NCBI RefSeq assembly: GCF_001194135.2
Contig: NC_068981.1
Span: forward strand, 29,626,279-29,690,152
Reading direction: 5' to 3'
Length of the DNA stretch: 63,874 bases
DNA from: Octopus bimaculoides
Taxonomy: Eukaryota
This document shows, piece after piece, positions 26,809-39,643 of this stretch. A model generated the notes under the pieces. It worked only from the letters and a program-made list of their open reading frames with translations. It was not told the DNA's origin and did no database searches. The stretch's first letter is position 1, and each line of letters begins with the position of its first letter. The position numbers were made by a program, and so were the translations under genes.

Positions 26809-28254
26809 ATATATATATCCAAGAATGTTAGGGGTTGTGAATCGAACCCACTAAGGGATTATATCTATCCAATATACTGCCGGAAGAATACCCAATTATT
26901 ATTACACTAGTGTTTATATATACGCTCACCTTTGTTCAACTTCCTCCCTTTTCCTCTCTCTACCACTCCTCGTTGATCACATGTGACCTGTGGTCACCTT
27001 TTCCTTTCTCCCTTCGGCCAGCATAAAGGCAAAACGAACTGCTATATCTCTCCGCTCAAGTTCGTCACATCACAGCGTTCAGTATCTCATCCCGTTCGGC
27101 TTAACAGCACTTAACGTTGTTTTCACTGTTTAATTTTTCCTGTCTTGGTTTTTGTTTGCTACTTTGGAATCCTCCGCTTAGCAGGTTAATCCACTTCGCG
27201 GGAAGAGCTATTCTAAGAGCGCCATCTGCCTCATCTTCGAAACGCCTAGATTAGAATGGCGGCGGCTGATGAAGGAAAAGTTCCATAGGTGGTTTGTCTG
27301 TTTTCCTATGTGTTCATTCTGTTGTCCGCAAAAAAAGTCCACGCTTTTTTACGTCCTGTACCCGGATATGCATCTATACATANNNNNNNNNNNNNNNNNN
27401 NNNNNNNNNNNNNNNNNNNNNNNNNNNNNNNNNNNNNNNNNNNNNNNNNNNNNNNNNNNNNNNNNNNNNNNNNNNNNNNNNNNNNNNNNNNNNNNNNNNN
27501 NNNNNNNNNNNNNNNNNNNNNNNNNNNNNNNNNNNNNNNNNNNNNNNNNNNNNNNNNNNNNNNNNNNNNNNNNNNNNNNNNNNNNNNNNNNNNNNNNNNN
27601 NNNNNNNNNNNNNNNNNNNNNNNNNNNNNNNNNNNNNNNNNNNNNNNNNNNNNNNNNNNNNNNNNNNNNNNNNNNNNNNNNNNNNNNNNNNNNNNNNNNN
27701 NNNNNNNNNNNNNNNNNNNNNNNNNNNNNNNNNNNNNNNNNNNNNNNNNNNNNNNNNNNNNNNNNNNNNNNNNNNNNNNNNNNNNNNNNNNNNNNNNNNN
27801 NNNNNNNNNNNNNNNNNNNNNNNNNNNNNNNNNNNNNNNNNNNNNNNNNNNNNNNNNNNNNNNNNNNNNNNNNNNNNNNNNNNNNNNNNNNNNNNNNNNN
27901 NNNNNNNNNNNNNNNNNNNNNNNNNNNNNNNNNNNNNNNNNNNNNNNNNNNNNNNNNNNNNNNNNNNNNNNNNNNNNNNNNNNNNNNNNNNNNNNNNNNN
28001 NNNNNNNNNNNNNNNNNNNNNNNNNNNNNNNNNNNNNNNNNNNNNNNNNNNNNNNNNNNNNNNNNNNNNNNNNNNNNNNNNNNNNNNNNNNNNNNNNNNN
28101 NNNNNNNNNNNNNNNNNNNNNNNNNNNNNNNNNNNNNNNNNNNNNNNNNNNNNNNNNNNNNNNNNNNNNNNNNNNNNNNNNNNNNNNNNNNNNNNNNNNN
28201 NNNNNNNNNNNNNNNNNNNNNNNNNNNNNNNNNNNNNNNNNNNNNNNNNNNNNN

Positions 28255-28292
<38 letters not shown>

Positions 28293-28806
28293 TTTGATTT
28301 ATTTTCAAGAGTTGAAATTTTCTCTATATATAGAACACATCGAAGTATACTTGAGCCATAGGAAAAATAATGATGAGAGACAAAAGATAGGTTATAAGAA
28401 TATATTCTGTTGTCAAATTATTATGTGCACAAAATCATGTACTAAGGATATATAGATATATAAATATAAACATATACTTAGAATATGTCAAAACTACATT
28501 AAAAATATATAAATATATGAATATAAATATATAGATGTGCTAAGAATATATGAAGACCTACAATTTATAGTCCTACTTGCAATAAAAACGGTATTAAATT
28601 ATTTACACAGAACGGGTTGAGTGCAGAGAATATTGTAAATCCATATAGATGTTTATAGTTCGTTAAAATCTGACGGCCGTTTCTGGTGGCATAGTGGTGC
28701 AAAGATGTAATAGAATTTAAGTACCATTAATCTAATATCACCGCTTCCTTCTTCGGGGAATTTACCAACTGGTAAGGCTACATTTTTCATTCACTATGGT
28801 CACATA

Positions 28807-28842
<36 letters not shown>

Positions 28843-29519
28843 TGTTTGTATGTATGTATGTATAGAGAGAGAGGGGGAGAGAGACAGAAAGATAATATAT
28901 AAATAAGAGGGACATATGGAAATTAATCATGATTTAAATGTAATTTCATTTTATGTAAATCCAACCGTATTAAACTGAAGTGTTTCTTTGTATAATTTGA
29001 ATAACAAAATAGAGGTAATGAAAGCAAAATAGTTCTATATTTGAATGTGTAATGATGTGAGCATGTGTGCTTGAAGTGTATATGTATGAATGAATATTGC
29101 ATGCGTGGTGTCATGAATCACCTGGGTGGGGCTACTCGTAAAATATATCAAAATACTCGTTATTGTAACAGAGAATCAAAGTAACTACAATTGTTGACAA
29201 GTGCAATGCAATTTGCCGCAACTAAATCAAAGTGAAAACACATATAATGAAATACAATGGTTTCTTTTATATATAGAAAATATTGTATTGGTATCTAATT
29301 ACATGAATACATTGGCAAACCGCCATATAAATTAATACGTGTTGACTTATTCATAGACATTTACGCATGCATGCAAACATGGGCGTACACAGATTTTTTT
29401 TTGACAAAACTTACACATACATACATACATACATACATACATACATACGTACATGCATACATACATACATACATACGAACAGACATATATGTAACGAGAG
29501 ACAGACGGATAAATAGATG

Positions 29520-29603
<84 letters not shown>

Positions 29604-29947
29604 TACTGGACACAATAACAACGTGAATAACTATAGACATCATAAGTTGTGTAATTATATTATTAAATTCAATTTTAGCGAATGACTATTTTGCTAGCCA
29701 AATTTTCACCTATCGATAACATAAGGGTCAGAAATATCACACGTCGAAAGGATATTGATGCAAACAGCATTGTCTCTTCTTCATGGGAACATTGTAATTA
29801 GTTAAAAAGTGATAATTTCCTGTTGTGCTATTTATATTGTTATTGATCTCATAGTAGTCAAGCAGAAAGGGTTAGATCGTGCAGATGTGTGTGTGCGGGT
29901 AGTGTGTGTGTGTGTGTGTGTGTATGTGTTTGTGTGTGTGTGTGTGT

Positions 29948-29989
<42 letters not shown>

Positions 29990-30551
29990 NNNNNNNNNNN
30001 NNNNNNNNNNNNNNNNNNNNNNNNNNNNNNNNNNNNNNNNNNNNNNNNNNNNNNNNNNNNNNNNNNNNNNNNNNNNNNNNNNNNNNNNNNNNNNNNNNNN
30101 NNNNNNNNNNNNNNNNNNNNNNNNNNNNNNNNNNNNNNNNNNNNNNNNNNNNNNNNNNNNNNNNNNNNNNNNNNNNNCCCATAGTTAAAGTGTGGAAGTA
30201 GAGAAAAGCTCCACGGTTATATTTTCGATTATTATTTCGTTTTATTTTTCATCTAAAAAAATTTGGGGTCGATACAATCAACTAAAAATTCCTCAAGGTG
30301 GTTCCCCAGCATGGACGCAGTCTAATGACTGCAACAAGTAAAAATAAAAATAAAAATGAATTATATCACAGTAATGGTTTTGAGCAAGATTAAAATTTTG
30401 GGTTCCATAGAGCCATCTAAAACTTCTTCAAGTTGGTGCCCCAGTATGGCCGGCCGCAGTCAAATAACTGGGACAGGTAAAAAAAATTCTGGGCTCGATA
30501 TATTGAACTAAAAATTCTAAAAACGCAAAAATAACCGAAAAATATAACGGT

Positions 30552-30963
30552 AGGCGCAGGAGTGGCTGTGTGGTAAGTAGCTTGCTTACAAATCACATGG
30601 TTCTGGGACCAGTCCCACTGCGTGGCACCTTGGGCAAGTCTTTTCTTCTAAAGCCTCGGGCCGACCAAACCCTTGTGAGTGGATTTGGTAGACGGAAACT
30701 AAAAGAAGCCCGGCGTATATATATATATATATAGGTATTGTAAGTGTGTGTGTTCGTGTGTCTCTGTTTGTCCCCCAGCATCACTTGACAACCGATGCTG
30801 GTGTGTTTATGTCCCCGTAACTTAGCAGTTCGGCAAAACAGACCGATAGAGTAAGTACTAGGCTTACAAAGAATAAGTCCTTGGGTCGATTTGCTCGACT
30901 AAAGGCGGTGCTCCAGCTTAGCCGCAGTCAAATGACTGAAACAAGTAAAAGAGAGAAAAGAGT
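30552..30963 (+). mobile_element. SINE family A, full-length
   Basis: AGGCGCAGGAGTGGCTGTGTGGTAAG head through the AAAAGAGT tail. Confidence 0.92.
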
Positions 30964-30975
30964 AACAGTGAGTAA

Positions 30976-31113
30976 GGCTTTTATCCTAGGGGGATTTCAT
31001 CCTAGGGAGCTTTTGTCTTAGGAGGCTTTTGTCCTAGGGTTTTTTTCGTCCTATGGGGCTTTTGTCCTCGGAGGATTTTGTCTGAGGGATTTATGTCCTA
31101 AGGGGCTTTTATC
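30976..31113. repeat. About 16-bp-period minisatellite (consensus about GGGGCTTTTGTCCTAG), about 9 units, running into a gap
   Basis: Units such as GAGCTTTTGTCTTAGG, AGGCTTTTGTCCTAGG and GGGCTTTTGTCCTCGG. Confidence 0.85.
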
Positions 31114-31459
31114 NNNNNNNNNNNNNNNNNNNNNNNNNNNNNNNNNNNNNNNNNNNNNNNNNNNNNNNNNNNNNNNNNNNNNNNNNNNNNNNNNNNNNNN
31201 NNNNNNNNNNNNNNNNNNNNNNNNNNNNNNNNNNNNNNNNNNNNNNNNNNNNNNNNNNNNNNNNNNNNNNNNNNNNNNNNNNNNNNNNNNNNNNNNNNNN
31301 NNNNNNNNNNNNNNNNNNNNNNNNNNNNNNNNNNNNNNNNNNNNNNNNNNNNNNNNNNNNNNNNNNNNNNNNNNNNNNNNNNNNNNNNNNNNNNNNNNNN
31401 NNNNNNNNNNNNNNNNNNNNNNNNNNNNNNNNNNNNNNNNNNNNNNNNNNNNNNNNNNN

Positions 31460-31501
<42 letters not shown>

Positions 31502-31579
31502 TGTGTGTGTGTGTGTGCGCGTGAGTGTGTGTGTCCCCAGTATGACCACTGTCTAATGACTAAAACAATTAAAAGATAC

Positions 31580-31745
31580 ATATATATGCGACAGGTTTCT
31601 TTCAGTTTCCGTCTACCAAATCCACACAGAAGGCTTCGGTCGGACCGAGGCTATATCAGAAGACACTTGCTGAAGGTGCCACGCAGTGGGACTGAATTCG
31701 GAACCATGTGGTTGGGTAGCAAGCTTCTTATCATACAGCCACACA
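31580..31745 (-). mobile_element. SINE family A, 5' half
   Basis: TTCTTTCAGTTTCCGTCTACCAAATCC...GGAACCATGTGGTTGGGTAGCAAGCTTCTTA. Confidence 0.85.
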
Positions 31746-32099
31746 AGTTTTATTTGTATGTATGCGAATGTTTTGTAGTGCGTACACAAATGCTGATGCA
31801 GTAACAGTAGTTTGTTTGAATATTATATTAAATATATGAAGAATATATCTAAACATTCTTGTTAACAATCTCTGTATGGAACAAAAGTAAATATTTTGTC
31901 TGTATATGCAATATCTTCCTGGATAAAAATAGGATTCACCAAAAAAAAATAATATCATTTAATTATTGCATGCATTGTTAATGTTGCATACAAGACGGTA
32001 TAATGACAAAGATAATTATACATCTAATTGCATGAATATAAACGAAATCGGGAAAGTCAGAAAATGATATTTCGTAAAGTCATTAAAGGGTTCTACTCG

Positions 32100-33540
32100 T
32101 TCGTAATTGGATTAATACGCTTTGTTGAAATTGAGTTTTGCTCGGATTAATACAGAAGCTTTCGTAAATTGAATCTTATATCGTTTTAAATGTGCATGAC
32201 TTGGGTGGTTTACTAGTTTGGTTTTTGATAATATCTTCCATGAAATATTAAATATTGTATTAGAGTTCTTCAGCTCGAATACGTTTACCGACAATGAGGT
32301 GATAGACTATCTATTATTGTGCCTGATATAGAAAAGTTGTGTTGGTTGCATCATTTTTTAAAATAGTACCACTCAAAGTGAGAATCTAGTTCTTTGATAG
32401 CATACAACTCATCGAAGACACATACGTACTTGTTAACGCCATTGCAATAAAATGGAGGATTTTATTGTTTTGGCCACTATTAAGCTTTGTCTGTACAAAA
32501 TTGTACGTAGTGTAATGCGATTTTCGGGAAGTGATTGTGTAGGAACTTAGATGTTTCTAATGATGGAGCGAATGACTAGTGATTGAATAGTAGGTTATAC
32601 CGGTTAACTGATCTCTTTTTATTTCTGTGTCTGTGTTAAGAAATAAATGTATTTTGTATATACTTAATTTTATCTCTCGGGCCACTTTTCAATAATGATT
32701 TCTTATATCGGCTAGCCAAGTCAGGGAAGCTTGCTTCGTTCGAAGACAATGAAGGTATTCTTTAACCAGGTTTTAAAAATATTTACTTACTTAATGTATA
32801 TACTTTGAAGTGAATTATATTTACACATATATATCATAGTATCAACCAATTTGCTAAAATTAGTAAGATATCCGAGCAAGCAACATACTTCATTTGACAT
32901 GCTTAAGGTCGCATTGTCAGTGAGTGCATTGTTAACTTTTAACGAAACTTGTTGCTTACCAGAAACTATCCACAAATGTTTTGGATCTCTTTCAATGAAT
33001 TGTTTCATAGTTTATTCTAGTGGAAAACTGCAAATGAATATTATTTTAGCTATAAAAACTAATTTTACATGCTTAAAGGGAAAATTTAATCTTTGTTTCT
33101 AGACAAAGAACAGCTATGGTTATATTTTTCTCATTGAGATCTCATCAGCGTCGCATAGTCATATCAATCTTGTCTGATCATTCGGCAAAAATACTTACAT
33201 ATCAAGAAAGAATTACAATTATTTAAAAATCATAACAAAAAAAAAAAACTAATAAGCAGGAATAGCTGAAATGCATCAACAGTATGAATTTAAACAAATA
33301 AATTATGGGCTGGATAAAATAGGCTGTATCTATAAACAAATCTTAATCAAAATCTCTTTTTAAGTTGAAGAAAGTCAACCAAAACATTGTCACAATTCTA
33401 AGTGACTCCAAAAGGGGAGATAATACTCATACCGTTAATTTGCATTATGAGGGGGAAATTCTGACTTTTGATAGCTGACAGAGGAAACTAAGGACAAGTT
33501 TCGCTCTATTAGACATCATCAGAATAGTATAGTGTACTAT
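32100..33540 (-). pseudogene. Highly degenerate second Penelope-like relic
   Basis: Minus-strand peptides FLHNHFPKIALH (about 32550-32510) and TSLSVNVFELKNSNTIFNISWKILSK (32303-32225) resemble PLE C-terminal motifs as I recall them. A hammerhead-like motif sits at the 5' side. Boundaries are uncertain. Confidence 0.45.
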
Positions 33541-34302
33541 GATTTGTCTCATCAACTAAAAAATATTTCTACAAAGATACAAATACGCGTAGATACAGTA
33601 ACCAGACTTTAAAATATTTACACCAGATCATATTATCATACTTTTGAATAATTTTCCTTTATTATTTTGTTATATTGTAAAAAAATTCAAACTGATATTT
33701 ACGCTTCTCTTCGTGAAATTTCCATAAATATTTAAATAAATACTACCTCCACACAATGTGATGTAATGGCTACGATGTTAGGTTTATGATCATGAAGTCG
33801 TGTATTCGATTTCTTTATGGCGATGTCTTATATCTTTGACACAAGTACTTTATTTTACGACTTTCTAGTTTGCTCAACGAAAAATGAGTACCAAGTCGTG
33901 GGCTGGTGCGGCTCTATTTTCTTCCAGTTTCCAGAACCTTGATACATCTCCTGGATCAGTTGTGGGTGGTCCGAAAAGCTATGATTGCTCGTAACTACAT
34001 AGATATCCAAAACAGAGAGAGCATTGTACATGAAACCAGATTACAATTGCACATGAATGACCGCTATAAGGTTTTATTATTTTACCTGATAAATTATATC
34101 ATTGAAAACTTTTTATTTCTTTCCTAATATTCACGTAAAAATATGTTTGTAGGTTGAGATATCATGCAGGAAAAATACGAATTAATGCGTCGAGTTATTT
34201 TAAAACTGAAACGGTAAGCAAGGAATTAAAACTAATTGGTATAAATATTATTCATCCTTTATTCTTTAGGCAAAAGGCCTTCAATTTTGAGGCAAGGGAG
34301 TA

Positions 34303-34737
34303 TCGTAAATACTGGAGTATAATCCGCACTTTTTTCCCAAAATTTAAGGGTCAAAATTTCTAGTGCGTACTATATACGAGGTTAAAAATGAAAAATATTT
34401 TCTAAGCAAAATTTTACCGACAGTGTGATCTAAGTGATAAATATGTAAAGACAATTTACTTAATATTTATTTTTCAGTGACGTTGTTACTGTTATTTCTT
34501 TATTTTCTGCAAAGTGCACAAAAAAGCTACATGTTTGCATTATATTATATATACAATAATAATAAAGGACGTTACCGTATATACGTTTACAAACCAAGGA
34601 CCTTATATAGACCTCCTTGACTCAAGTTAGTGAAGGGGTGCGTATCATACACAAGGTTTAGGTTTTTCAGAGGTACAGCCCCCTAAAAATCCCCTGCGTA
34701 TTATACTCACGAGCGGACTATACTCGAGGATTTACGG
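34303..34737. mobile_element. Tc2/pogo-like (TcMar) MITE, about 435 bp, inserted at a TA inside a family B SINE
   Basis: Left TA|TCGTAAATACTGGAGTATAATCCGC versus reverse-complemented right TA|CCGTAAATCCTCGAGTATAGTCCGC (4 mismatches in 25 bp). Confidence 0.75.
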
Positions 34738-34852
34738 TAGTCGAGTTTATGGACTCCAGCACTCAACTGGTACTTATTTCGTTGCTCCAGAGAGAACGAA
34801 AGGTAAGGTTGATATCGGCGGAATTTGAACAGATATAAATAATACAGATAAT

Positions 34853-35012
34853 GCAGGTGTAGCTGAGTGGCAAGAAACTTGCTTCCTAACCCACATTATT
34901 CCGGGTTCAGTCACACTGTGTGGCTCCTTAAGTGAAGTGTTTTCTATTATAACCACAAACCGATCAAAGCTTTCTGAGTGGATTTGCTAGACAGAAATCG
35001 AAAGACGCTCGT

Positions 35013-35063
<51 letters not shown>

Positions 35064-35260
35064 GCGTCTGAATTTGTCCAACAGCATTACTTAACAACCG
35101 GTGTTGAAGTGTTTAAGTCTCTTAACTTAGCGGTTCAACAAAAGTCCTAATAGACTAAGTACCAGTCTTAAAACAATGTGCTAATTAGTTCGATTAAACA
35201 TTCTTCAATGTGATGCCACAGTATGACCGTTGTCTAATGCCTGAAACAAATAAAAATACA
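34853..35260 (+). mobile_element. Old SINE family A copy with internal (TG)n
   Basis: Degenerate head, CCGGGTTCAGTCAC, central (TG)n and tail remnants. Confidence 0.7.
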
Positions 35261-35775
35261 AGAATACCTTAAAATGTTTAACCAGTCAACTAGTTTAGGT
35301 GTTTTAAAACAAATCTAATGCTACATGAAATCTACTTGATAGAACAATATGTATGTCAGTTACATAACAGATATTCTGTTTCTATTCGTTGTTGCAGAGA
35401 TATGTCCGTATTATGAAAACAGAAAACCAGTTGTCATGATTCTGCACTGCATGAAAGTGGGAACTGTCAGTTATGTAATAGTTATGGTAACAGCTTCAGA
35501 TCATCGGGATGAGAGAGAAATCATCTTTCTCTTTCGGCTCATTAACAAGATATTGCAATCTACATTATTGACATGAGCTCATCATATATGCTTATATAAA
35601 CACCCACCCACATCCGCCCAAATATACTCTATTTATATGTAAATATATGTGAATATATATACATGTACATATTTATACATATATATATATATATGTATAT
35701 GTATATATATTTGACTCATATATGTATATATATTTGATTTATTTTACACACAATGTGATATACACATGTATGAAC

Positions 35776-35836
<61 letters not shown>

Positions 35837-36006
35837 CAGACATACTATATATATACTCATATACACATGCACATATTAATGTCTGTTTTCCCGTGAAGCT
35901 ATACATGAACAATTTTACATTAACTGAAAAAACCACTCACTGCTGTACCGATGTATCTGTGTATGTATGTATGTATGTATGTATGTATGTATGTTTGTAT
36001 GCATGG

Positions 36007-36044
<38 letters not shown>

Positions 36045-36499
36045 CAGAATGTTGTTAAGTCTTTATCCATTCACAACTGCTTTTATAATTCCAAGACATA
36101 TTCTAAAACTGAAAAAAAAAACAGGAAAGGTTGTTTGCATATTTTATTCGAAATCATTCTAAAACATGCCAAAAGACTTTTAAACAGCTGGCTCCAATAG
36201 CCTGGTTTATTTTTACATATGTAATTTTTTTTTTGTTTGTTGTTGTTAGGTACCTGAAGAGAGCTAGCATCGTTGAATAGTACCAAAATGAAACTATAAA
36301 ATTAAAAAAACTAAATATATGAAATGTTCTTATCAACAATGTGAATTTATTCACTCTAATTATCACTCTATCTATAAATAAATTGCAGACTAGTTTTTAA
36401 GTACCATTCTACTATACTATACAAACAAAATTTCACATAATATCTCATTTATTTAATCCTCTGTTTTTTTTCCTTCAAAACAATCTGTAGCCGATAGAC

Positions 36500-38200
36500 T
36501 TTAAATGGATATCCAGCTGGCGTTTGTTTTCTAAGCTAATATTTAAATCTAGGAACGGAGACGTATGAATTTAGCTTCAAAACTTCTGGAAACGTTTTTG
36601 CGCCACCTACATCTTATCCACAACACTTAATACTTGGTTATGAAGTGAAAGTTCTGTATTAGTTTCAGTATAAGGATATTTGACGTGGTTGATAAACTCT
36701 GAGACTTATTTCATGGTAGATTTTCGTTTCGTCTTTTCCATGTTCATTTTTCAAATTACGCAAGTGCTGACGTGCCATTATGCAGATGAAGTACCAGTTA
36801 TATACTAAACGAATTGAATCACTTCTTTTTCTCATCAAACATGTTTTGCATATGCCAATGTAAGTAATCCTACATTACCATACGCTGTTTCTATCGCAAA
36901 CGTTTGATTATATCTAGCACTAACTACAGTTTTCTTGATTTTCTACAATGATAACATAACACTGATACACCTTGGGTATCAGTGCCTATTAAATTATTCT
37001 GATGATTTATTAATGCAATACGTCTATAACACTAAGGTAGGTTGTAGTTTTAGAATAGGTAGCGCATTTGATAGTTAAGCATGTGTAACTCAATTTTTGA
37101 TCTAATCTCCTTTACACCAACTTACTGTGATTTTATTACTTTTCAGCTCTACAATATGCTCGAAGATCATTTTTGAAAACTGAATTTCCAAATAATCACA
37201 TAACTCGATCCCTTAGTCGTATAAAACAGAGAAACCAGTTGTTTGACAATTCATTTTATGTATGGAGATAGTCCATTGTCATTCCTATATTCTGTATCGA
37301 CATCTAGTTGGTTAAAAGTACTAGCAACTGACAAGAACAGAGTCGTTGAGATGTTGACATAATTCTTTTCCTCCTGCGGATTGGCTTTCCCTTTTACAAT
37401 CTTCCATTTCATTCGGATTTGTAGGTTTGTCTTTCATTAAATTATGTACTTCAGATACTTCCCAATTATTGGAGCAGCTTTTCTAATAACCAATGTTTCC
37501 AGATTCCAGAGTGAATAACAGTGTCAAAACCTTCAAGTATTCTTTACTTTCTACGGCCTTACTTCTTCATTTACGACTTTATCGATGAACAACTAACTTT
37601 TACTTGGGTTTCTGCTCTAACATGAGACGTTTTGAAGAAATATCTACTTCCCTCTCTGATCTGACTACATACATTAGTTGATTTATTCTTATATTTATAT
37701 TCACATCTATTTCCAGTTCCATGTTGACCCAGTTTGCATTCTTTTTCTTGTTTCTATTTTATAACTCGGTGATATTGTTGAAATGGTTTCTCATTGGTCC
37801 ACAGGATAATCTATTGATTTTTAACTCTATTTCCAGCTTTAGATTATTGTTGTATTCAAAATATTCTAACTTTAGAGTTTCCTATCCTTAGATCTTTCTC
37901 ATATTCAGTTGTTGCTTCCACATTCAAGTTTGGCTTTTATTCATCAAGTGTCTGCTGCGATGCTGGAATTTATTTTGTTATTTCCATAGTTTCGCTTGCA
38001 CAAAATCTTCATTTTTTTTCTCAGTATTTTAGACTTTATGTGTATTTTGTGTTTGTATTTCATTTGATAGCTTTATATTTTGTATTTACATTACGTATCC
38101 ATGCATTTAAGCGCACAACTTTTATGACTGATATCTTTTGGTTATAAATTTGTGTATTCTTAAATTTGTATTTCGTGATCCGAAGTTACTATCGATCAGG
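36500..38200 (-). pseudogene. Possible ancient LINE relic (ORF1-like, Cys/His-finger remnants)
   Basis: Minus-strand ECKLGQHGTGNRCEY...NVCSQIREGSRYFFKTSH near 37750-37620 resembles eroded CCCH fingers. The long tract is free of microsatellites and has a strong strand bias. Confidence 0.25.
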
Positions 38201-39610
38201 ATAATTTTTCTCCCTCTATCATCTGTTTATATTTATGCTCAATATTAACTTTGGATCAACACACGAATTTAATCTGTTACTGAAGTAGAGCGTTGCGATA
38301 ATATGCAGGTCACCTCTAAGGTACTCAATAAAACTTACAGCAATATAAATATTGTTGTATGTTTTATTGTGTACCTACACTTGATGATCTTGATGATACG
38401 TAAATAAGATTTTCATCTTATTTACGTATCAAATTCAAAGTACGTCATGCGCTTTTAACCATACATCGAAACATATCAAGTATAAATGAAAACAGTATTG
38501 CTTTCATTTGTATTGACTCCCTACAAGGGATATGGTCTCCGTTTATATTTAATCTCTCTCCAACGAAAGGTTCTGCAGGAAAATAAATGCTTTAATTTTT
38601 CATAGGGGCTGCTTTTTTTATTAGCCAATTTAAAAGCAACATTTATAGTGTGAAATAAAAACGCAAAAACTTTTTTCTCGCAAGACCCCAGTTGATATTC
38701 TTCTGGTGACGGAGCTTACAGCCATTGTGCTGTTAGTGGTCGTAACTCGTAAGAGATATCTCCCACTTTCATTGATAAAGCTCACAAAAGAGTCGCAAAA
38801 TTGATGCTCTGCCGAGAAGCTTTCCATTAGTTAAATCATTTGTGCGCAGAATAAAATATCTAATATTTATTCTGGCTGTCTGTTCTATGAGTTCAAATCC
38901 AGCTGAAGTGAATTAATCCCCATCTTTTCGGAATCTATAAGATATAATATCAGTCCAAGTCGGTGGATAGGCAGAATCGTAGCAGTGTTGAACCAGATAC
39001 TTCGTGATATTTGTTCCGGTTCATCGTGTTCTGACTGGTTGTATAGTACACTTCATCTGTCGCTCGGTTTGACGATATTACCTGGTCTTCGAGCGCCTTT
39101 AGCTAAGGTCGCTCTGTTACATAGGTTCGGTTGTCCATATCTCCGGATCTTTGGGACCTTCATAAAGACCATAGAGAAACAAAATTTAATGGACGTTGCT
39201 CTGATTTTATGATATGCAGTAAAAAATTTTCCTAGTATTTCGTTAAGTCAATCATATGCTTCAGGCTGGCATTTCGAGGGCCTGACGATCAAAGATGTTA
39301 TTCTCATTGATGTGCCAAAAGTTATCACACTGAGCGACAAGAATAGTACAACGATACAGGGTTCACCTAAATCTACTAATCTGCGCTTGGATTAACTCTC
39401 TCCTGACACACCTCTCTGCGCTTGTCAGTTTGATAACGTAATTTATTTCTGTTTCATTTTTCGCACACTTTTATTCTCCTTCTAATTGGTGAGTGGTGAA
39501 AAAATGTCTTCTATAACGAGAAAAATATCCCAAAAGCAATCACTCTATTCTATGTTTCGTTCATTTCTAATCGAATATTTATGTAATTTATGTATTATTG
39601 ACCTCAACAA

Positions 39611-39643
<33 letters not shown>

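Noticed and set aside
26826-27380. Unclassified repeat-like block containing CTGATGAAGG and GAAAC
   Set aside because: The boxes are in the wrong order or lack stems I and III and the NUH triplet, so no hammerhead fold can be drawn. An LTR or PLE identity is not supportable.
33930-34070. Open frames with plausible splice sites on both strands
   Set aside because: There is no recognisable peptide, and the minus-strand donor falls in a SINE fragment.
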